Source of the DNA: a virus
DNA: 64,000 nt
Direction: 5' to 3' (one strand)
Virus record (IMG/VR): IMGVR_UViG_3300048928_000047
The position numbers and the translations under genes are program-made. The notes under the pieces were generated by a model. It was not told the origin of the DNA. It did no database searches and saw only the letters and a program-made list of their open reading frames with translations. Shown here piece after piece: positions 59,283 to 64,000 of the stretch. Each line of letters begins with the position of its first letter. The stretch's first letter is position 1.

Positions 59283-59316
59283 CTTTCTGTAATGGCTGTT
59301 AGATAATGCAGCCATT
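59279..59316 (+). promoter_or_regulatory. class-II promoter cassette
   Basis: TTGACT 59279-59284, 17-nt spacer, GATAAT 59302-59307. The -10 lies in the loop of AATGGCTG...CAGCCATT (59291-59316). Followed by GAAGAGAGAAACC. Confidence 0.6.
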
Positions 59317-59352
59317 GAAGAGAGAAACCAAACAATCTAACGAGGTGATAAG

Positions 59353-59574
59353 ATGGTTACATTTGCAATTATTTCCCTGGTGGCGGGTAACGTGTTTATC
59401 AATGACACTTTCCAGGCTGATGACAGCAAGCCAGGTGAGATCAGCGCGGTTTATGCTGAATGTAAAGCCGCCGAGCGTATGTTATCGCCTTGTATGCTTA
59501 TGTCCGAGCGTAACGATGGGCGGATCGTGTTTACCAATGTTGAATCCTGGTATCAATTGGTAGTAGAAAAATAA
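59353..59574 (+). CDS. early small protein (N-terminal hydrophobic segment)
   Basis: 73 aa. GAGGTG SD. Preferred over the overlapping 59306-59563 frame, which lacks an SD. Confidence 0.5.
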   Translation: MVTFAIISLVAGNVFINDTFQADDSKPGEISAVYAECKAAERMLSPCMLMSERNDGRIVFTNVESWYQLVVEK

Positions 59575-59587
59575 GTTCAATAACCAG

Positions 59588-59645
59588 TTGACAGCAACAC
59601 CGAAAAGCATTAAATTATTCATCAAGAGGCGGGAATGGTTCCCGC
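59588..59645 (+). promoter_or_regulatory. early promoter plus leader hairpin (copy 4)
   Basis: TTGACA 59588-59593, 17-nt spacer, TAAATT 59611-59616. Hairpin GGCGGGAATGGTTCCCGC at 59628-59645. Confidence 0.7.
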
Positions 59646-59666
59646 TTAAACAGAAGAGAAAATATT

Positions 59667-60035
59667 ATGACTACTATCCTCGAAATGAAACGCGCAGAAC
59701 TGGCAAGTGTGATCCGTGATATCGCAGAAACCGAGCGTCAGATCCGCAACTTCTCTTATGAAGTAAGCGAAGAGGAATATGATGCAATCCTGGATGACTG
59801 CTACGAAGATATAGACGTTTGCGGATCACTGTTTAGTCCGTCCTATGCTCTGAAAAATCTTGATCCGGTGGCGTACCGTTGCGGCAAAAGTGACTATGAA
59901 GGGACGATAGATCTTGACGAAGTGCCAGCCTATCAGGAGCTAACGAGCGACCTGGAAGATCTGGAAGAGCGCCGCGATAGCTTAGAGGAAGAGATCGCAG
60001 ACCTGGAAGCCGAAGAGGAAGAAAGCGAAGAATAA
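59667..60035 (+). CDS. early highly acidic protein
   Basis: 122 aa. C-terminus DLEDLEERRDSLEEEIADLEAEEEESEE. Confidence 0.6.
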   Translation: MTTILEMKRAELASVIRDIAETERQIRNFSYEVSEEEYDAILDDCYEDIDVCGSLFSPSYALKNLDPVAYRCGKSDYEGTIDLDEVPAYQELTSDLEDLEERRDSLEEEIADLEAEEEESEE

Positions 60036-60048
60036 TTTTAAAAACAGG

Positions 60049-60108
60049 TTGACACGGTAAACGGTTTAAATTAAATTAGTATTCAAGGCGGCGGGAATGG
60101 TTCCCGCC
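60049..60108 (+). promoter_or_regulatory. early promoter plus leader hairpin (copy 5)
   Basis: TTGACA 60049-60054, 17-nt spacer, TAAATT 60072-60077. Hairpin GGCGGCGGGAATGGTTCCCGCC at 60087-60108. Confidence 0.7.
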
Positions 60109-60130
60109 TTACAATGAAAAGGTTATCAAA

Positions 60131-60505
60131 ATGAAATCAGCAGAAAAAATCAAGTCTTACATCCTGGCAGCAATTGAGTTTTACGATCATAAAGAAGACT
60201 TAATCACCAGCGAAGAGGATAAGATCCGCGAACTAATGCGCCGCTTTAATGCTGAATACTGGTACTATGAAAACCAAGTATACTATAAAGGCAACATGCT
60301 CAAAGCGATGGCCTCATGGTTGCAGGGTTTACCGTCCGACATTAATCACGCCTATTATTACAATGAGATTGATTCTCTTTTGATTGAGTGGGGTTATCTC
60401 AAGCCTACCAGCCGCGAGGCAACGATTGACCGCGAGCGGGATAATTACTGGCTTTACCTGGCGGGATCACTGATCGCGGTTGCAAAGTCTCACAACGTAG
60501 CGTAA
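60131..60505 (+). CDS. early protein
   Basis: 124-aa ORF after hairpin copy 5. Confidence 0.6.
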   Translation: MKSAEKIKSYILAAIEFYDHKEDLITSEEDKIRELMRRFNAEYWYYENQVYYKGNMLKAMASWLQGLPSDINHAYYYNEIDSLLIEWGYLKPTSREATIDRERDNYWLYLAGSLIAVAKSHNVA

Positions 60506-60519
60506 GCTAACACAACAAC

Positions 60520-60537
60520 GGCGGGAACTTCTCCCGC
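60520..60537 (+). promoter_or_regulatory. intercistronic hairpin, variant of the leader element
   Basis: GGCGGGA-ACTTC-TCCCGC. Same GCGGGA/TCCCGC stem but no promoter upstream. Lies between 60131-60505 and the 45-aa ORF. Confidence 0.5.
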
Positions 60538-60567
60538 TAACATTGAAACTAAAACGAGGGTTTAAAA

Positions 60568-60705
60568 ATGAATGGTTCCAACAACGTAGAAAAAATGGGT
60601 AACGGTAAACCGCGCAAGGCATGGAACGAAGATACCAGCCGCAAAGGGGATAAGCGCAACAAAACGCGCCGCGACCGCACCGAGAAACGGGGCTGGATTG
60701 AGTGA
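60568..60705 (+). CDS. 45-aa very basic peptide (not in ORF track)
   Basis: MNGSNNVEKMGNGKPRKAWNEDTSRKGDKRNKTRRDRTEKRGWIE. GAGGG SD. Followed by a terminator. Confidence 0.45.
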   Translation: MNGSNNVEKMGNGKPRKAWNEDTSRKGDKRNKTRRDRTEKRGWIE

Positions 60706-60710
60706 TAAGA

Positions 60711-60736
60711 GAAGGGGCGCACAATAGCGCCTCTTT
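60711..60736 (+). terminator. terminator-like hairpin (GGCGC-ACAATA-GCGCC core)
   Basis: Core 5-bp GC stem extendable with A-T and G-U pairs, followed by TTTCGCTTTC. Confidence 0.5.
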
Positions 60737-60770
60737 CGCTTTCTAACGTGTTTTAACCGGAGGTTATCCA

Positions 60771-60956
60771 ATGACATTGGAACAAATAGAAAAGGCCATA
60801 GAACAGCGCGGAGGGCGCTTAAAAGCGCGTTATCGTGATCAATGGGGCTTTATGGTTAATGGTGTGATCCTGGGGATTGATAACGGTGAGATTTTGATTG
60901 ACAATCTGAAAAATCGTGTTAAGCCTGATCAGGTAGTGGCTATCAATCATATTTAA
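60771..60956 (+). CDS. early small protein
   Basis: 61 aa. GGAGG SD. Confidence 0.55.
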   Translation: MTLEQIEKAIEQRGGRLKARYRDQWGFMVNGVILGIDNGEILIDNLKNRVKPDQVVAINHI

Positions 60957-60973
60957 TTGATAGGAAATAACTA

Positions 60974-61025
60974 TTAGACATTGCGCCCAGGTTGGCGCAT
61001 AGTGATCACATGAGGCGATAACCGC
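60974..61025 (+). promoter_or_regulatory. early promoter (weak -35, GC palindrome in spacer) plus short leader hairpin
   Basis: TTAGAC 60974-60979, 18-nt spacer, CATAGT 60998-61003. Spacer palindrome TGCGCC...GGCGCA. Leader GATCACATGAGG plus GGCG-ATAAC-CGCC. Confidence 0.45.
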
Positions 61026-61039
61026 CGGAGGAGGGATAA

Positions 61040-61426
61040 ATGAAAAAGATTATCATCGCCGCTATCCTGGCGGCAGTAAGCCTAAATGCAACAGCAGCAG
61101 ACACCGAGATCGACGCAATGAGCGCAAGCCGTGATCTCAGAGCCAGCATTGAAAAGATGCTGATAGTTTCGGGCGACACTAACGCAACGTTACGATCTTA
61201 CAACCTATCTAAAACTTTTGAGAATGCATTAAATTCTCAAATGATACCCGTTCTCAATAATAATCCTGATGCATCATGCGAGCTTATAGCGGCGCGGGTG
61301 GCACAGAATGCGCGGGGCAATTATGCGCCTTATCAGGTTAATCCCCTGATGACAAGAGCGATTGAAGATATGATCGGCAAAATGACCGTTTACACGATGG
61401 CGCAATGTTACTATTTAAAGAGTTGA
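61040..61426 (+). CDS. early secreted (periplasmic) protein
   Basis: Signal peptide MKKIIIAAILAAVSLNATAA. GGAGGAGGG SD. The TGA stop lies inside the next TTGACA box. Confidence 0.6.
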   Translation: MKKIIIAAILAAVSLNATAADTEIDAMSASRDLRASIEKMLIVSGDTNATLRSYNLSKTFENALNSQMIPVLNNNPDASCELIAARVAQNARGNYAPYQVNPLMTRAIEDMIGKMTVYTMAQCYYLKS

Positions 61427-61451
61427 CAAGCGAGCGGATCACGGTTAAGCT
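61423..61451 (+). promoter_or_regulatory. early promoter
   Basis: TTGACA 61423-61428, 17-nt spacer, TAAGCT 61446-61451. Confidence 0.5.
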
Positions 61452-61479
61452 GTAATGACAGTAACAGCAGGGGCAGAAA

Positions 61480-61770
61480 ATGGAACAGGCAAAATCTTTA
61501 TTGATGTTTAGCGGTGTAAGCAGTGATGCGGTGACGGTTGAGAGACACCAGGACGGCGACACGCTGATCGCAATGTTACGCGATGGTAACAACGGAGCGC
61601 TTTTGATCCTCAGTCTGAAAGAAGTGAGGAAAGGTTATTATTCGTTAGCTTATCATTTGATAACTAATGATAATGAAACAAGCCAGGATTTTTCCTTGCC
61701 TTTTCCGGCAAATTGTGCGCCGTCTTTCGTGGCTGCAATTATCAATGATGTTTTCCAGGTGGTGGCATGA
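61480..61770 (+). CDS. early protein
   Basis: 96-aa ORF. Confidence 0.55.
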   Translation: MEQAKSLLMFSGVSSDAVTVERHQDGDTLIAMLRDGNNGALLILSLKEVRKGYYSLAYHLITNDNETSQDFSLPFPANCAPSFVAAIINDVFQVVA

Positions 61771-61853
61771 TGGAACGTGACACTAAAATAAAACTTGCTT
61801 TCGCCGCCGTTTTATGGATAATGGTTTTTGCGGTGGTTATCATGAGAGGGTAA
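61767..61853 (+). CDS. 28-aa single-TM peptide (not in ORF track)
   Basis: MMERDTKIKLAFAAVLWIMVFAVVIMRG. ATGA overlap with the upstream stop. Confidence 0.35.
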   Translation: MMERDTKIKLAFAAVLWIMVFAVVIMRG

Positions 61854-61857
61854 ACCA

Positions 61858-61977
61858 ATGAAACGTTATCAAGTGGAATACAGCACAGTAAACCCTGCCT
61901 ATGAGGAAGGGGCGAAAATGTGCAAAATTGCATCTTACTTTTTAGCGCTCATTGTATTATTTTCTTTACTATCCTGA
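61858..61977 (+). CDS. 39-aa peptide with C-terminal TM segment (not in ORF track)
   Basis: MKRYQVEYSTVNPAYEEGAKMCKIASYFLALIVLFSLLS. Starts 4 nt after the previous stop. Confidence 0.3.
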   Translation: MKRYQVEYSTVNPAYEEGAKMCKIASYFLALIVLFSLLS

Positions 61978-62005
61978 AACATCGTTTAAACCTGGAGATC
62001 AGAAA

Positions 62006-62239
62006 ATGGCTAACGTGTCAATCAAAAAAGCAGCACTTGACTATGCGACCGTAAGACAACAGCGCCACGCTATCGACACCGCACAGCGTTTACTAAATGA
62101 GATTGCTTCTCAATTAGGTACAGCACAAATTCCAGCCAATGATCACCTGATGGCGATCCGTAATTTGATAGATGAGAAAGATTCTCAATTGTTCGACAAA
62201 GAGCAAGATTTATACTATATCGTTTCACGCCTGGATTGA
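62006..62239 (+). CDS. early small coiled-coil protein
   Basis: Start moved to MANVSIKKAAL (GGAGATCAGAAA SD). Confidence 0.5.
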   Translation: MANVSIKKAALDYATVRQQRHAIDTAQRLLNEIASQLGTAQIPANDHLMAIRNLIDEKDSQLFDKEQDLYYIVSRLD

Positions 62240-62247
62240 TTCACAAA

Positions 62248-62285
62248 GGCGGGAGCTTGTCAAGGGTTCCCGCAACTATTTTTCA
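62248..62285 (+). terminator. terminator that reuses the leader-hairpin stem
   Basis: GGCGGGA-(13-nt loop with inner CTT/AAG stem)-TTCCCGC, followed by AACTATTTTTCATTTTT. Confidence 0.6.
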
Positions 62286-62522
62286 TTTTTGCGTTATGCA
62301 AAAAAGTGAATTTAAGGCGATCAGGGAGAGAATGATCAAAGGTACGGGAAACGGTTAGCGCCCCGTGTAGGGCGTTTTAGAGCGTTTTACGGGGTATTGA
62401 CTTTTTCCGAAACGCTCAAAGCGTCTTAAATTTAGTTTCACCGTGTGATTATGTGCATACGAGTGCATTTCTATGCAATAAAGTGAATATTGTAAAGATG
62501 ATGAATATTGCATTCATCGCTA

Positions 62523-62550
62523 TTGACTACCGCGCCCGATCTGCTATGAT
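62523..62550 (+). promoter_or_regulatory. early promoter
   Basis: TTGACT 62523-62528, 16-nt spacer, TATGAT 62545-62550. Leader TTATCACATAGGGCGGGGC. An inverted repeat GATGAAT-(5)-ATTCATC lies just upstream (62497-62515). Confidence 0.6.
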
Positions 62551-62605
62551 TTATCACATAGGGCGGGGCAATAACGCAACGCCAGAAAATCCGAAGGATT
62601 GCATC

Positions 62606-63070
62606 ATGAATAAATTTTGCGTAGGTCAAAAGGTTATCGGTTTAAACGAGCGTAAGATCCACGTTGTAACCGCCTTACGTGGCGAGGGCGTGATCGTCCT
62701 GGATGGCAAAATTGAGGACGTGGAAAGCGCCTATCAGATCGAACCTGAATTTATGGATAAGACCAACTATTTTTATCATCATTCAAAATTTGCCGAAGCT
62801 ATCGAAATGATGAATGATGGCTTTTATGCCTACCGTGGATCAGTAGAGGAATATGCGTACCTGAAAAGTTTAGTAACAACAGAACATCCGAGCGCTTTTA
62901 TGTTAAGTGCGCTTTCTATGTGCCAGGGGCTGATTGACACCGCCGCCGCTAAAATTGAGCGCGGGTTAGCGGTAAAGCGTACCGCCGAGCACAATTTAGC
63001 GCAATGGGATCGGTTGACGCTTGATCATCACTTCCCATTCCTTAACCCTGAAAATCTGACAGACTACTAA
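62606..63070 (+). CDS. early protein
   Basis: Start moved to MNKFCVGQK, downstream of the 62523 promoter. The longer ORF would span the promoter. Confidence 0.55.
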   Translation: MNKFCVGQKVIGLNERKIHVVTALRGEGVIVLDGKIEDVESAYQIEPEFMDKTNYFYHHSKFAEAIEMMNDGFYAYRGSVEEYAYLKSLVTTEHPSAFMLSALSMCQGLIDTAAAKIERGLAVKRTAEHNLAQWDRLTLDHHFPFLNPENLTDY

Positions 63071-63079
63071 ATATAATAG

Positions 63080-63141
63080 TTGACGCGCCCAAGGAAAGGG
63101 CGCATAATTCATCACATAGGACGGCGGGAATGGTTCCCGCC
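63080..63141 (+). promoter_or_regulatory. early promoter (GC palindrome in spacer) plus leader hairpin (copy 6, perfect 8-bp stem)
   Basis: TTGACG 63080-63085, 17-nt spacer, CATAAT 63103-63108. Spacer palindrome GCGCCC...GGGCGC. Leader CATCACATAGG plus GGCGGGAA-TGG-TTCCCGCC at 63123-63141. Confidence 0.7.
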
Positions 63142-63159
63142 TTAATGAGAGAGATTATC

Positions 63160-63384
63160 ATGTTTAACTTAGACCAACTGGCAGCAGCGATTGAGAAAGC
63201 AGGTGATGCGAAATATGGCGTTAAAGATCACTATTTCATCGGTCAATATCCTGATGGCACTTATTACGGTGTGTTGTCTAACAAGGTGAAAAGCCGCAGC
63301 AGCGCCGCGCAGATGAGAACGCCGGAATGGTTCGAAAGTAAAGGAATTAAAGCGATCAAAGTGATGAAACGAGGCCACAAATGA
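63160..63384 (+). CDS. early small protein
   Basis: Start moved to MFNLDQLAAAIEK, after hairpin copy 6. Confidence 0.55.
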   Translation: MFNLDQLAAAIEKAGDAKYGVKDHYFIGQYPDGTYYGVLSNKVKSRSSAAQMRTPEWFESKGIKAIKVMKRGHK

Positions 63385-63617
63385 AAACGAAAAGCATTCT
63401 CATTAAGAAAAAATTCCCTGATCGTATGTGGGAGATCAGCGAAGTGATCCACGCTGGAACGGCGGAGGAATACAAGCGCCTGATCGGATATATCCGCGAA
63501 ACAAAAAGCGGTTTTATCTGGACTCATTCAGGCTTGAACCGTGAGAGCGCCAGCTATCACCCAACAAAGGCGCAAGCCTTGCGCGGTTTAAAGCTGGTAC
63601 ACCAGCAACAAAAATAA
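63381..63617 (+). CDS. early basic protein
   Basis: 78 aa. ATGA overlap with the upstream gene. Confidence 0.55.
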   Translation: MKTKSILIKKKFPDRMWEISEVIHAGTAEEYKRLIGYIRETKSGFIWTHSGLNRESASYHPTKAQALRGLKLVHQQQK

Positions 63618-63629
63618 ATCGAATTATTT

Positions 63630-63698
63630 CGCCCTGGAGCTTGATCTCCCTGGGGCGTTTTGCTATCCTTAATTTGTGGGGCGGCAATGATGCCGACC
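63630..63698 (+). promoter_or_regulatory. fused terminator/promoter plus variant leader hairpin
   Basis: Hairpin CGCCC..GGAG-CTTGAT-CTCC..GGGCG followed by TTTT. TTGATC (63641-63646) sits in its loop, then a 17-nt spacer and TATCCT (63664-63669). Leader hairpin CGGCA-ATGA-TGCCG at 63682-63695. Confidence 0.5.
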
Positions 63699-63716
63699 AC
63701 TAACGAGGAAAACAAT

Positions 63717-64000
63717 ATGCAACCTTTACAACTCCTTTCAACTTTACGCGCTATCGCTAACAACACTCTGATCGCTTGCCAGCGCCAGGAGTTTAAGCCG
63801 GAATTCATCTACAAGATGCATAACCAGCAGTTAGCAACAATTGAGGGCGCGATCAAGGGGTATCAGTTAGGGGCGAAAGTGACCGCGAAATATAAAGCGG
63901 AGATAAAGAAAATAACGCTTGCGCCAATGAAGGAAAAGAGCTACTATCTTATCACTGAGCAGGTGAAAGGTGGTGTAAGCCAACTGACCAGCGCCATTGA
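63717..64000 (+). CDS. early protein, 3' end outside window
   Basis: ATG 63717 with GAGGAAAA SD. Frame stays open to the last base of the window, so it is absent from the ORF track, which needs a stop. Confidence 0.55.
   Translation, partial: MQPLQLLSTLRAIANNTLIACQRQEFKPEFIYKMHNQQLATIEGAIKGYQLGAKVTAKYKAEIKKITLAPMKEKSYYLITEQVKGGVSQLTSAI

Noticed and set aside
59306-59563. ORF 59306-59563 (85 aa) as the gene behind the 59279 promoter
   Set aside because: It has no SD, begins inside the promoter hairpin and gives a Cys/Arg/Leu-rich translation. The overlapping frame 59353-59574 has a GAGGTG SD and a plausible protein.
62396-62431. TTGACT at 62396 paired with TAAATT at 62426 as a promoter
   Set aside because: The spacer is about 24 nt, too long for sigma70, and no acceptable -10 lies at 16-18 nt.
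56418-63141. The repeated 18-24-nt GC hairpin as a CRISPR array
   Set aside because: Copies are 460-3000 bp apart. Each is preceded by a sigma70 promoter and followed by an SD and an ORF. There are no uniform spacers and no cas genes, so this is a leader element and not CRISPR.
1-64000. Prophage or lysogeny module, integrase, transposase, toxin-antitoxin pair or known defence operon
   Set aside because: No recombinase, repressor or antirepressor pair, att-like repeat or recognisable TA or defence gene set was seen. The window looks like a strictly lytic phage genome.

Overview
The window reads as part of a large virulent tailed-phage genome of an enterobacterial host. The gene content is reminiscent of rV5/phAPEC8-like myoviruses, but that is inference from content and nothing was searched. 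No integrase, repressor, tRNA, rRNA, CRISPR array or IS element was seen.

Layout:
- 1-12.9 kb (+): late baseplate and receptor-binding module. It holds a J-like wedge protein, a fibre with its Tfa chaperone, a beta-helix tailspike, a collagen-repeat fibre and an Ig-like protein.
- 12.9-49.6 kb (-): one long leftward arm. It carries SSB, family-A DNA polymerase, T7 gp4-like primase-helicase, three glycosyltransferases and a SleB-like hydrolase. It also carries a Ter-type island (TerD, vWA, TelA, TerC) fused to a macro/MazG/PRTase/HAD operon. Further left are an AAA+ ATPase, YqeY, an SF1 helicase, DUF4326, PnuC+NadR and many small ORFs.
- 49.7-54.7 kb (+): a short rightward operon that includes a paralogous AAA+ ATPase and a NADAR-like protein.
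- 54.7-56.2 kb: a 1.5-kb almost non-coding control region. It contains AT-rich tandem repeats, four Fur-box-like palindromes, an orphan leftward promoter, divergent early promoters and a phased A-tract/iteron array.
- 56.2-64 kb (+): about 25 tiny early genes. Most have their own sigma70-type promoter followed by a conserved GC-rich leader hairpin (GGCGGGAA-TGG-TTCCCGCC).

Most interesting:
- the phage-borne Ter/nucleotide-metabolite island;
- the NAD/ADP-ribose-related gene set;
- the promoter-leader-hairpin regulon;
- the structured control region, which is a candidate origin and iron-sensing site.

Limits: all coordinates of small motifs were indexed by hand (expect +/-2 nt). All domain calls rest on motifs recognised by eye, not on searches.
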